In this document: positions 13,895-26,381 of the stretch, one piece after another | Layout of the letters: every line of letters starts with the position of its first letter | How positions within the stretch are numbered: the first letter of the stretch is position 1 | Assembly: GCF_006345805.1 (NCBI RefSeq) | Contig: NC_042997.1 | Coordinates: 81,344,001-81,408,000, forward strand | Source of the DNA: Octopus sinensis | Taxonomy: Eukaryota | Direction: 5' to 3' | Length of the DNA stretch: 64,000 nt | Notes under the pieces: model-generated | What the model was told of the DNA's origin: nothing | Database searches by the model: none | What the model saw: the letters and a program-made list of their open reading frames with translations, nothing else | Translations under genes and position numbers: made by a program

Positions 13895-14050
13895 TACTCT
13901 AGGCACAAGGCCTGAAATTTTGGGGGAGGGAGCCAGTCGATGAAAAGCAAAGTCAACCTTGGCGAAATTAGAACTCAGAACACAAAGACAGACGAAACAC
14001 CGCTAAGCATTTCGCACAGCATACTAACGTTTCTGCCAGCTCCCTGCCTT
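13895..14050 (-). mobile_element. tRNA-derived SINE (family B)
   Basis: aaagtcaaccttggcgaaattagaactcagaac..gctaagcatttcgc..ctgccagctc block, repeated at 18.3, 23.2, 29.8-30.6, 58.0 and 62.3 kb. Confidence 0.75.
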
Positions 14051-14479
14051 CATTATTAGGGAAGATACTGAATATTTTATGTCACAAAATTTAACAATTT
14101 TTTCCTTTCTTCCTATTCCTCCTTTTCTGCCTTAGAAATTTTGTGTATTAATATTTTTAGTTCTTTATTTTAGTCATAATGATTAAAACCATGCTACAAT
14201 ATTTTACCGTCAGCGCACACGAGCATGCTTTTTTCCCTGGTTTTATTTTACGAATTTCTCACCAATGAAGACCTGGTTTCTAGACTAGAAACAAAGTTCT
14301 TTTGTTGGAATGTTGACAGCCTGAACAGGATAGTCTTGGGCTCAGCTAACTGCCAAATCTCCATACACTCTACAACAGCTTTCCAATGTAACTCCTTAAT
14401 TCAGCAATTCTCAGATACAGAAACTGCTTTCTGTATCCGAGAATTGCTGCCTTCCCACTGTCACAATTTTAGGGCCATA

Positions 14480-15330
14480 ACCTAGTACACAATTTTAGGG
14501 CCATGACCATCAACAATGGCACAATGAAAGGTAGGTCTGGTGAGATTATTGAAATGATGGAGCATCACCATGTTGATGTGTGTGGTGTGCAAGAAGTGAG
14601 ATGGGAGTCTCTGCTAGAGTCCCCATGGGTATAAATTGGAGGTTCAAATTCTTCTGGATAGGCAGGAGTGATGCAATGGGTGGTGTGGGCATACTCTTAA
14701 CAGAAAAGTGGATAGATAAGGTAATTGAGGTAGTCAGAGTATGCATTAGGGTTATTAAGCTGAGATGTATCATAGATAAATTAACAGTTACATTTATCTC
14801 TGCTTATGCTCCACAGGCTGGGCTGGTGACAGCCAGAAGGATCAATCCTATGAGATCCTTCTGCAGACTACCTCAATGACAAATGACAGACTTAGTTATT
14901 GTGGCTGGTGACTTTAATGGAAATGTTGGGCAGCATTCCCATGAATTCCATGGTGGTTATGGTTTTGACCCCAGGAATGAGGAGGGAACAAAGCTACTGG
15001 GGTTCTGTGATGTAAATGATCTCATGATCTTCAACACTAACTTATTAGAAAACCAGCCAGCCACCTAATCACATATCAGTCTGGTGGGTACATAAGCCTG
15101 ATCAATTACCTCCTTACCATGCAATGAGAGGCAGATGCTTACAAATGGAAAGTCTTTCCTAGTTGAAGAGTGTACACCCCATCGTGGTGTTAGGAAGGGT
15201 ATCCAGTTGTAAAAACCATGCCAAAACAGACACAAGCCTGGTGCAATCTTCTGCCTGGCTGGCTCCTGTCAAACTGTCCAACCCATGTCAGTATGGAAGA
15301 CAGACATTAAATGATGATGATGATGAATAT
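14480..15330 (+). mobile_element. RTE LINE APE-endonuclease relic joined to an RTE tail
   Basis: GGVGILLTEKWIDKVIEVVRV, ISAYAPQAGL and VAGDFNGNVG..GYGFDPRNEEGTKLLGFC; tail from ~15170 ends in (gat)n. Confidence 0.85.
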
Positions 15331-15969
15331 AAGGACAGACAAAAAGCACTATGCATTTTGTCCAGTTCATGATAAACACTGAATGAATAAAAAAAAATCA
15401 TCCAAAGGGTGTTGTTAATCACTTGTAGAAGTAACAGTTTCTCTTAATAAATTAAAGAATGTGAACAAAAGAGCAGATGCTGCAAATCATCTTAAAACTT
15501 TTTTTGCTATTTTAGATCTGAAACTGTTTTCATAGCATTTTCTATATCTTTCTTTTTCACAATATTTTCTATTGACAAAATTACCAGAGAATTTCATGCC
15601 ATTCTTTATAAGCTTTATTTCACTACAGTTTACCTCTCCTGTGGCTAAATAATTAAACACAACCCACAAATCTCGTATATCTTGGAACTCATTACTGTTG
15701 ATGAATCTAACTGCTTATATTGAAAACTTCACATTTCCAGGATAAATCTTTTGCAGTAACTAGCTCAAAAGATCACATTTGTTAATATTACTATTTTCTT
15801 GCTATCTTAATTTATCCTCCAAACCTTGACAGTTTATTTTTATTTGGCAAATCTTTATATGTTAAATAAAAATCTATTATGTGCTAGTGAAACTAGCTGT
15901 TCAAAATCTGTTTGATAAAAAATAGCTGGGTTGAGTACATGGTTTTTTTATATCTTTCTGGGTGATTGT

Positions 15970-16375
15970 TTACTTTTACTTGTTTCAGTCATTTGACTGT
16001 GGCCATGCTGGAGCACCACCTTTAGTCGAGCAAATCGACCCCAGGACTTATTCTTTGTAAGCCTAGTACTTATTCTATTGGTCTCTTTTGCCGAACTGCT
16101 AAGTTACAGGGACATAAACACACCAGCATTGGTTGTCAAGCGATGTTGGGGGAACAAACACAGACACACAAACACATACACACACACACACATACATATA
16201 TATACATATATACGACAGGCTTCTTTCAGTTTCTGTCTACCAAATCCACTCACAAGGCTTTGGTCGGCCCGAGGCTATAGTAGAAGACACTTGCCCAAGG
16301 TGTCACATAGTGGGACTGAACCCTGAACCATGTGGTCAGTAAGCAAGCTACTTACTACACAGCCACTCCTATGCC
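15970..16375 (-). mobile_element. SINE (family A), near full length
   Basis: Least degenerate copy: gacttattctttgtaagcctagtacttattctattggtctcttttgccgaactgctaagttac, internal (CA)n, gaagacacttgcccaaggtg. Confidence 0.8.
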
Positions 16376-17179
16376 TATGTGTAAACCTTATCAATACATT
16401 CATACTGAAACTACTGTTTTCCTTGTTTACTTTCTTTGTTTTTTTTTTACATATTCTTTTACTTTTACAAATTGGTTCCACATCTAATTCTGTAGCCGAT
16501 ATAGAAAACCTCCAAAATCCTAAGTTTTTCAAGTTAAGAGAAGCTCTGCAAATGGAAAATTACCAAAAAGCTTTCTGAAAGGTTTTAAAGGGAAGTGGGT
16601 GCTGTAGGTGAGCATAAAATAAAAGTGTAAAGGGAAAAGGTGACATGTAGATGTTTTATGTGAAAATGTAGTTGATGGCTTTGTTTTAGTGCAGTTTCCA
16701 AAACAAAATGGTTAAATGTGCAAAAATGGACTAGCATCAAATTTATATAAAAACTACCTTCACTGTATCAGCTGTTTTATGAAATATAATTGTATAGTGT
16801 GTTGAGATTTGGGTTCTATATCAAAGTTTTCCTATTTTATGGATCTAAATTATACAGTCATACCAAATGAAAAGAATATGAAAAAAATTTAAAGCCCTCC
16901 CATTTGGGATTTGGGGTTATGAACTGTACTAGTGCTCTTTCATATCTGTTTGCACAATAGTCTTTAAACTTGTGAAATTATGCACTTTTGAAACTTCAGT
17001 AGACAGTTCCATAGAGGCTTACTCTTCCTAAGACATTATGTAAAGCATTCATCCTCACAAGAAAACTGAACTATTTGATACAAAAGTTTTGGTTTCATGT
17101 CACGTTGTAGGATCAGAAACAGATATTTCTGAAAGTTGATAAAGAGCTTCTCAGATTCTTATAATCCCATGTCATATGT

Positions 17180-17218
<39 letters not shown>

Positions 17219-17304
17219 ATATAACAAAGTTGAGTTGTGGGGTATCGCACGAGTGGAATTATATACGAAAGAAGGTTTGAAAATGCAATTTAAAAGATGT
17301 TTAT

Positions 17305-17349
17305 TTACTTTACCGGTTTCACTCTTTGGAAAAAGATTGTCAAAAGTAA
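17305..17349 (-). ncRNA. Minimal type I hammerhead-like motif with U3-A8 core variant
   Basis: Minus strand reads ttactt-TTGACAA-tctttttccaaagagt-GAAAC-cg-GTA-aagtaa. Stem I is 6 bp perfect; stem II is imperfect at the junction. Confidence 0.45.
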
Positions 17350-18289
17350 CATGTGGAAGTTTGGTTGCGTTAACTATTGGTTGTTGCAAATTGCTACATT
17401 ACATATATATATACAGTCTTTGGTAACAGGGACATGTTAAGGACATAAAAAGTACAGCAGTATGTTGAGAATATAAAGAGGTTTAACAAGCTCATTGAAA
17501 AAATGGGCAGAAAAGATTAAAACAAATATATTATACATCTCAGGGTAATTTCCAGGAGGAATTATTAAAAAAGTTCAGTACAGAATATTATGAATTCAAA
17601 AAGATTTACATTAATGTAGTGGTGTGGTTGTTACTGACCTGTCCGTTTTAGCAGAAATGTGGAATTGAAAAGGATGTACCCGTTTTTTTCTTTTTTTGGC
17701 TCTCCTTCAAGCATCAACGATTTTGGGGTTAGGATGAGGTGAATATGTGTGTCTCTGCGTGTATGTGTGTGTGCATACATATACATGTGGTGTGAATAGA
17801 TGTGTCTGTGTGTCTGTAGTATTTGGTCAGATGGTGTCTGTTTGTCAACCGCGTGTGTGGTTGTCATGGTGTTGTGTGTGTGTGTGTGCATGCGCACGTA
17901 TGCATGTATGTGTGTGGATGGCATTTGACATGGTGCTGCGTGTGTATATATGTACCTGTATGGAGGTGAGATTGGTGTGAGTGTGTGTGTCCCTGTGTGC
18001 GTGCACATACACGTATACAAGTGTCTGTGTGTGTGGGGGGCTGTTTTTGATTGGTTCCAGGGTGGTGTAAATAGATGTGTGTTGTTTAAAGAATTTTTGG
18101 GGGTAGGATGGTGTGTATATATGCGTGCCCGCCCGTGCGTGCGCGTGTTCGTGCGTGTGCACGTCTACGGGTGTGTGCGGGCCATACACACACACTACAT
18201 ATACATATATATATACACACACATATATGTGTATATATATGTATATATATATATATGTGTGTGTGTGTATATATATATGTATATATTGT

Positions 18290-18530
18290 GGTAGAATTGT
18301 TAGTATGCAAAGCAAAATGCTTAACACTTTTTCATCTACCTTTGCATTCCGAATTCAAATTCCGCCTATAATGCCTAATTTGCCTTTGATCCTTTCAGGG
18401 TTGATAAAATAAGGACTAGTTACACACTGGGGTCGATGTAATTGACATAATCCCTTTATATGTCCTTGTTTGTCCCCTGTATGTTTAGCCCCTGTGGGCA
18501 ATAAAGGAACAGATATTAGTTGAGTATGGA
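18290..18530 (+). mobile_element. tRNA-derived SINE (family B)
   Basis: gtggtagaattgttag..gaattcaaattccgc..ctttgcctttgatcctttcaggg..ctggggtcgatgtaattgac. Confidence 0.7.
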
Positions 18531-20219
18531 GGTTAATGCAATCAGCTTATCCTCACCCCTGAAATTACTGGCCTTGTGCCAAAATTTGAAATAATTTTTA
18601 TTATTAAGGCAATGAATGGTGAAACTGTTAGCATGCCAGACAAAATACTCAGCAGCATTTTGTTCATGTTTACTTTCTGAGTTCTAATTTTGCTGAGTTT
18701 GACTTAGTGTTTTATCCTTTTGGGGTTGATATAATTGATTAGCCTCTTCTCCCATTATTTCAGTCCTTGTGCCTTTAGTAGAAAGGGTTACTATTATTAT
18801 TACTTTTATTATTGGAACTTGTTCCTGGAACGTTTTTAATCAACTTTAGTTTGATGAGAGACTAATATCCTCCTTAAATACAATGAGAACATGACAGTAG
18901 TTAGCATTCCCAAGTAATATCATTCTGGTTATTTATTATATTTTAAATTCTCACTGCTCCTATGCAAGTTGGTTGTTGTATTTGCAAACTGAGTTTGCTG
19001 TAAGTAATCTACTGTTGCTTGGACATAAAATTCTGTATAAGTCTCTACTTAAGTGAAAACTGACATACTTAATCTCGTGAGCCATAATCTTTATTTTAAT
19101 GAAATAAAATTAAGACTCATAATGAAAAGAAAAAATTATTAGCTTTAATGAATAATTAAAGAAAAGCAAAGAGGACCACTCAGAACTCTAAATTAATAAA
19201 AAATTGAGTGCGGTATGAAATGTGGAATAAGTGTCTTTTCATGTATAAGTCAGATGTAGCTTTCCTTACACTTACCTACCACTCCAACCTCTACTCCTTT
19301 AGTAGAACTAACAAACTGTACCCAATATCACCTCCCTTCCTCTGGTTATTCTTATCGCATCTTACCTTGTACCCCCACCACACATACACACACACACACT
19401 TTTTCAATCCTTCATCTCCTGTTTTCCTTCCTGGCTCACATTTTTCCTATTTGTATCAACTTACACAAGTTCAGCTTGAACATCAACTGCATTGGTCTCA
19501 CCAGTCTGGGAGAACCTATAATGGTCATGAGCACTGCTGCTGCTACTGCCCTCCCACCTTTAGTTTGATGAGAGACTAATATCCTCCTTAAATACAATAC
19601 CAGCATTCTTTTTATTCACTAAATGATAAAACAATCCTATAGTAATGCCTCTTTCATAATTGTATGATGAATCAGCTGTTTAGATAAACGTCATATCATA
19701 ATATGTCTGTAAGGAAGTAAACACCAGCTCTTTTACTTAGAGAAGAACTCAAACCTTTTCTTTCTGAAGAAAAGTCAAAAACTGCCAATTCATTCCAAAA
19801 TATAAAATTAGACTGTTTCATTGGCATTATTTAGTTCAGCAAGCAAACAATTGTTATTGCATCAGACAGAATACCTTTCTGTGTTCCTTCTGATGCTTTA
19901 CATTCTTAGTTAGCCCTAGGCCGACCAAAGCCTTGTAAGCCTGTTTGGTGGGCAGAAACTGAAAGAAGTTTGTCATATACAAGGTCTGATCAGTAAGTAT
20001 TTGGACTGTTGCCATAGTAACAAAGCTAAAGCACACAGAGTAAAGCAGCTTGGCACAGATTGACCCTGGATTCTGCTAGTGCATCTACACTAAGTTTTAA
20101 TGTTCTAGCTCACTTCTGCTGTTTACAGCAGTGCTTGGAAAGAACATGTGTAGTGTGTGATCATTGTATTGACCATGATAGAGAAAACTGTCATGGCAAT
20201 ACCTGCTCTGAGTTTAGTT

Positions 20220-20770
20220 GCAGAAAGTGTATGGAGAGGAGTGTATGAGCTGCACACAATTGTACAAGTGGTTCAGACATTTCGAAGATGGCTGAAAAAA
20301 TGTCGATAGTGATGAATGTTCTGGGAGATCCACAACCAGCAGAACTGAGAAAAACATTGCAGCTTTGGGGGAAATCGTCAAATCATCATCCTTGAGTTAG
20401 ATGTGCAGATTATTTACAGTTCAGTTCGGTCAATTATTACTGAAGATTTGGGTATGAGACGCATGTCTGCCAAAGCTGCTTTCAGCTGACCAAAAAGACA
20501 CTCGGGTTTCAATTGCACAAGATCTCCTTAATTGTGTTGAGAATGATGAAAACATCTTGAAAACTTTGCATAGGCCTCTGAGCAGGTTTTGCCAAGCTTT
20601 TGGCAAAATTTGATGCAGATTCTCTGCTCAACTTTCTCTGTCATTGTCAATGTAATGATCTCATGCTACACACATTTCTTCCAAGCACTGCTGTAAAAGG
20701 CAGAAGTGAGCTAGGATGTTAAAACTTAGTGAAAATGCACAGTAGAGTTCAAGGTCAATCTGTGCCAAGT
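20220..20770 (+). mobile_element. mariner transposase relic (HTH region, deleted)
   Basis: YKWFRHFEDG..VDSDECSGRSTTSRTE resembles the mariner N-terminal HTH/linker; multiple stops. Confidence 0.65.
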
Positions 20771-23119
20771 GGCTTCACTCTATGTGCTTTAGCTTCATTA
20801 CTATGGCAACAGTCTGGATACTTGTTGATCAGACCACATATCATCATCATCGTTTAATGTCCACTTTCCATGCTGGCATAAATATATATACATACATATA
20901 TATATATACACATAAACATTTATGTGTGTGTGTGTCTTTGTATGCGTGTTTGTCCCCCACCACCACTTGACAACTTGGTGTTGGTGTGTTTATGTCCCAA
21001 TAACTTAGTGGTTTGGCAAAAGAGACTGATAGAATAAGTACTAGGCTTACAAAAAGAAAAATTAGTACTGTAGTTGATTCATTCCACTAAAATTTTTCAA
21101 CGTAGTGCCCCAGTAAAACAAGTAAAAGATAATGAAATACCTCAATCTCTCTTTTGGGTCATTGTGATGTTCACATCTTTTCCATGAGTGAAATGAAATA
21201 ATTAGTTATGAAGCCAATTTTCAGACTCAGTTTGTCAGGAACGTACATTTTACTCTGTAGACTGTCCTCTTTCTTTCACTACAAAATAAAAAAAATATTT
21301 TTTCATTTTTTTTTTTGTCTTCTGGAATAATTAATTACCTTCTCACTCAAATACAAATCAGATATGAATAAATTTTGAAAATTACTCAATCTTGGTTCTT
21401 TATGTTATTTTCTTGGCTATGGCATAATATTTGTATTGACTGTATAATTGCAATAATCAACATCATTAATAATGAAAATTTATTTTCTGATTTAGCTGCC
21501 TTTGCCTCTATCAAACTTGTTACAACATGAAACAACCCCAACAACTATTAGTAAAACAGTAACTATCAAATGTAAAAAGATCTCAGCTGGCTGCAGAGAT
21601 AAATTTATGACCTTGATAAAGGATATCATTGGCTAGAGAGGGAAATGTGTATCTTGAAAGCTATTAATAAAACTGAATATGGGTTAGTTTTCACTAAGTC
21701 AAAGAAGAAAATATCGAAAAAGAAAGTCAAAAGATCATAAAAATGTTACTACAACTATGAGTAAGGCAAGGCTGATAAACAACCAATAAAAAACCAACTT
21801 GTTTCCTGATTACAGAATAACTGCCAAATTAGTTGTAATTATATGATAAGAAGGACTAAAAGTTATGGGGTAGCAGAAACTGTTATATGGTACATTAAAA
21901 AGGTGTTATAATTCTCAGTGCATTTTGAGCTCAAACTCTGCTTTGGTTGAATTTTGCCATTCAGCTTTCCAGTGTAAATAAACATTGGTTATATGAATAC
22001 ATTGTTTCATTCAACTGTATCTTCTTCCTTAAATGTATGGCTTTATTTTGCATATAAGAAATTATTATTAATAGTAACTTGCTGGAGCTAAAACAGTCAG
22101 ACTAATTGATTTACACTATTCCTGTTATTCTTTACTCTGAGTTCAAATCTTGCAAAGATCAATTTTGTCTCTTACGCTTTAAGTTAATAAAAATAAGTAA
22201 TAGTCTTATACTAGGGTTGGTTCTACAGGCAATATATCATATCTACAAATTTTTTGCCTTATGGCCATTATTAGCTGTGGAATATTTCTGAGGTTGGAGA
22301 ACTCCAGACTAAATAATGCAGTTCCTTATTTTACTTTCATCCATCCAGTTTGATTTTAAACTCCAATAATTGCTAAAATCAATCTGTACAACTGGCACAA
22401 TAATCACCTGCAAAAATTAGTCTTCATATATTATTTAGGCATCTATTTCTGTCCCTTTGTCATACTTTAACCTCTCATCATCTGGTATACAGCCACCTCC
22501 CTCGATACTACACTCCTTCAGATGAGGGACATTTGTCTTACAAGTTACTTGGTGGTCTCACTGATACTATTGTCATCCAAGAAACATCCTGCTCACTCTG
22601 TAAAGTGGTTGGTATTAGGAAGGGCATCTAGCCATAGAAACCTTGTCAAAGCAGGCATTGGATAGAGCTTAGCACAATCCTCTAGCTTCAGCTTCTATCA
22701 AACTGTCCAACTCATGCCAGCATGATGATGATGATGTTACGTTAATGAATTTGATGAAAATGTTAGGAAATTCAGTTAGAAATGTGTTTATTAATTTAGC
22801 AATTCACTGTTTTTGACGGGGGTTTATTTCCATATTTCAACCATTGCTTATTACTGAAAAAAGTATAATGTCATAGAAATGAGTTGAATTCTTTTACTTG
22901 CACATACTTTTATTTGATGTCAAAAAGGGGCAACATGAGAAAGTTTCTAGTTTTGGGGCATAAAATCTTATAGAACTGAGGGGGAATGTCTATAAATCTT
23001 GATATATCTGTCATGATATTGTAGTGATTTGGTTTCTGTTGCTCTCCTCTTCACTGGCTTTGCTGAAACAAAATGTCCTTTAATAGCAGAGATATAAAGG
23101 AAATATTTATTTCTTTATT

Positions 23120-23340
23120 GCCAACAAGGGGCTAAACATAGAGAAGACAAACAAGGACAGACAAAGGGATTAAGTCAATTAGATCAACCCCAGTATGTCA
23201 CTGGTACTTATTTAATTGACTCCAAAAGGATGAAAGGCAAAGTTGACCTCAGCAGAATTTGAACTCAGAACATAGTGGCAGACGAAACACCACTAAGCAT
23301 TTCGCCCAGCATGCTAACATTTCTGCCAGTTCGCTGCCTT
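23120..23340 (-). mobile_element. tRNA-derived SINE (family B)
   Basis: aaaggatgaaaggcaaagttgacctcagcagaatttgaactcagaac..gcatttcgcccagcatgctaac. Confidence 0.75.
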
Positions 23341-24209
23341 ATATATAAAGAAAATACTGTATGGTGCCTTATAGTTAAAAATCATAGCTGCACAAATAAC
23401 AACAACATCAATAACATGATCAATGAACCAACATGGGAAACTTTATATCACTGAGCCTGCTAGAAACAGAAGCCAAATCTCTCTTAAATCATAGTAAGTC
23501 ACTGGATAATGTAGTCCTGGATATACCATGTCTGAAACAAAGATCTGATGATCACTGTTGAAACAAATTTGATCTTATTGCCTATGGAACTAAGCATCAT
23601 CATCAAGAATAGTGACAAGATGAGGCATTCAGCTCGGCCATTGGAAGACAGAATTAATGGTTAATTTTTATTTCCAGAAATTTGGATAAGCTTGAGCTCA
23701 ATATTAGCAACATGGGGATCTTCTTGCCATTAAATTATGTATAATAGATAATTAGATGAACATAACTGCTCTGTTACTTCTGAAGCTTATCACCTCTCAA
23801 CTTCTCTCCACCCATTCATAAGCATAATTTATGTCACTGATGCCATTGCCATCAGTACTCCTCTCTTTCTCTCTAAATCTATTTCTTTATACTTCTCTCT
23901 CTCTCTCTCTACCAAAGAGAAACAAAGAAAGATTAACATGTCTGAAAAAGGACAAACCCCCACCATCCCAAGCAATCTGGCATTACATGAATATCTTTTC
24001 AAATCTTTCTTTTACCCACATTACCATATGTATGCATGTGTTAGTGTGTGTATGAGTGAAATTTTTTCTCCTCTTACCAGCATTCTTTTTATTTTAATAT
24101 CTTTTGTCTCCCTTTACTTTACTCTTTTTCTCTCCCTTCATTGTTTCCCCTCTTTCTTCTGTCTCCCTTCCTACTACTACTACAGAATAGAAAAGATACG
24201 TACATACAT

Positions 24210-24300
<91 letters not shown>

Positions 24301-24309
24301 TATATATAA

Positions 24310-25733
24310 ATAGATGAGTGTATTTTACCTTGTTAACATTTAACACGGATAAATCAATGAATAGTTACCAGGACAGCAAAAATCTCACAAGTAAAGATGT
24401 TGTAACTCCTTGTTTATAAAGGTTGAAACTTCGTGTTTACGTTGAATATTTGAATAATAGGAATAAAAAATGGAGTTAACGCAGGTTTAAACAAGTATTT
24501 TTTCTTTCTACATATGTTTCAAAAATTCCACTGATACTTATTCAAAAGAATAAAAGGTATAAACAATGCAATCTTCTCTTCGGGAAAGGGAAAAAACGAA
24601 ACTTGTCAATACGACATTTTAGCAAAAAATGATGGATTCGTATAGCGATAGACAGAACGCTATTAATATTGTTTAAAAAAACGTTATATGATATAACGTC
24701 ATAAGTAGCTAACAGAAAGAGTAGGGATATTAATAGTGAATGTTAAATATAAAGGAAATTAAAGTCTAAACTATATATAATGATAGAGACTACTTATATG
24801 CACTAAAAGTATGTTTTTGCCAATGCTTACATCTGTATGCTCGTTCTATAACCGTGTTTACTAGAGTATTTTTAGAAAAAATAATGAAAAATAGCTCAGA
24901 ATTGCAGAGAAGACAGAATTTCTTGCCTTTGTCATATGGTATCGAAATTGAGAGGATCAACCATTCCAAATGAAATTGTTCATTGTGGTCTTTTAAATTC
25001 CAAATCAGTTTGCTGAGACCGGTACTATTCCGTTTATTTCTATCCCTAAATGTTGAGTAATGGATAGAAATTCTCTTAGATAACTCTAACGATGTGCTTC
25101 CAATGTAAAATTGTACTTTATTACGAGTACTGATTATACACTGGTATATAGAATTTTTAATCTTAGAGTTACTTGACATAAATTTAATTCTATTGGGATT
25201 GACTTCAGATACAATAACCTTGTTATTAATATTTCTAGAGGGTTGGATGGTAGTAGCTAAATTAATGTTAGTATTAGTAAATGTATTAATATTTAACAGT
25301 TTGTTATTATGAGAAGATATAATTTGCAAGAGATTTTTTGTGTTTGAAAAACCTATCCTAACTTTATGTGAATTAATTATAGAGTAATATCTAGAATTAT
25401 TTGGAAAATTCCTAGCAATAGCTTGACGAAACAGCAGTGGGAGATTAGATTTAATTTGTCTCCCGTAAGGAATTATTAACCAAATATTTTTACATTAGCA
25501 GATAATTTAGATAATCTAAATGAAATATTCTTAACTAAATTCTTAGTAATTGCTCCAGGATGATTACTAAATTTGCTAATGTACTTAAGATTGGTCAACG
25601 GTTTATGATATGGGAAGTAAGAATCACTGTGTAAATTAAGCGTAATATCTAAAAAGTTGGCCTTCGTCAGATCGTCATCAAAAACGATTTTTAAGCCCAT
25701 TCTACTGAAAAAATTAACTAAACTGTTCAAATA
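24310..25733 (-). mobile_element. Penelope-like element, left arm: RT thumb fragment, linker, GIY-YIG endonuclease and 3' tail; 5'-truncated
   Basis: RT piece FDDDLTKANFLDITLNL..PYHKP..YISKFSNHP..KNISFRLSKLS (25494-25733). Linker KNIWLIIPY..NFP..IISSHNNKLL and EN IYQC..FYIGST..KRISIHYSTF..TGLSKLIWNLK..WLIL..CLLCNSE..CKH (open frame ~25490 to 24790). The tail ends at a (TA)n tract. Confidence 0.9.
24790..25329 (-). CDS. PLE GIY-YIG endonuclease domain (C-terminal part of the PLE ORF, uninterrupted)
   Basis: 179-aa ORF with IY..YIG, R, H and Cys motifs typical of PLE endonucleases. The frame stays open upstream to ~25490. Confidence 0.85.
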   Translation of the reverse strand: MQIISSHNNKLLNINTFTNTNINLATTIQPSRNINNKVIVSEVNPNRIKFMSSNSKIKNSIYQCIISTRNKVQFYIGSTSLELSKRISIHYSTFRDRNKRNSTGLSKLIWNLKDHNEQFHLEWLILSISIPYDKGKKFCLLCNSELFFIIFSKNTLVNTVIERAYRCKHWQKHTFSAYK

Positions 25734-26381
25734 AAATGTATATGGATGAATAATAAATTGAAAGAAGAGAAAGAACTTGTACTATATCCCAATAAAAATG
25801 GTAGAGTGTCTGATTTATTAGAAGAAGCTAAAAAACAAGTTGAATACTCAGAAGATGGATCAAAACGATTACGATTATTAGAAATCATCAGTTACAAAAT
25901 CCACTCAATTCAAAAGGAAGATACTTTATTAGAAAATCTCACGAATACATCTGCTACAGCAAAGACTTATCGTGTAGAAGAGACTCCAAAAGATGAAGTA
26001 ACCCTAGCTGAAGATGAGATGATCATCCCAGTTGCCCATTTTCACAAGGATCTCTTCTGTACATTTGGAACACCATTTCTTTTGAAAGTAAAACATAATG
26101 AGCCATTTTCTACTGTTAAAGAACGAATACAGAAAAAGTTAGATGTTGTTGACAAAGAATTTGAGAAGTATAAATTTGCTGTTGTGATCATGGGACGCCA
26201 GGATTACATCACTGATGATGGAGATTCAGACTTTCAGTTAAACTTGAGTAAATTTTTACCGCATCAAACATCAGGAGGAGGATTACAGACTCGGCCTTGG
26301 CTAGGTTTGGATCATGTAAACAAAACACCTAAAAGATCCCGTTACAATTATTTGGAGAAGGCAATTAAAATTCACAATTAA
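25734..26381 (+). pseudogene. USP7: Intronless 5'-truncated copy of USP7 (HAUSP): Ubl4-Ubl5 plus C-terminal activating tail; reading frame intact, ATG at 25746 gives 211 aa
   Basis: KCIWMN..LYPNKNG.V.DLLEEAKK..RLRLLEIISYKI, VAHFHK..FGTPFLL, EFEKYKFAVV.MGR and [29 protein letters not shown] match my recollection of the human USP7 C-terminus (..[27 protein letters not shown]). No splice acceptor precedes it and it abuts PLE sequence directly. Confidence 0.93.

Noticed and set aside
24310-24790. Hammerhead in the tails of the USP7-flanking PLE arms
   Set aside because: I looked on both strands for CUGANGA plus GAAA in canonical and permuted order and found only partial matches (ccgaagag, cgaaac) without supporting stems.
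25700-25745. USP7 segment as the genuine last exon of a resident USP7 gene
   Set aside because: No AG acceptor or pyrimidine tract precedes the homologous sequence, an in-frame TAA lies at 25719-25721, it abuts PLE RT sequence directly, and I recognised no other USP7 exon in the 25 kb upstream.
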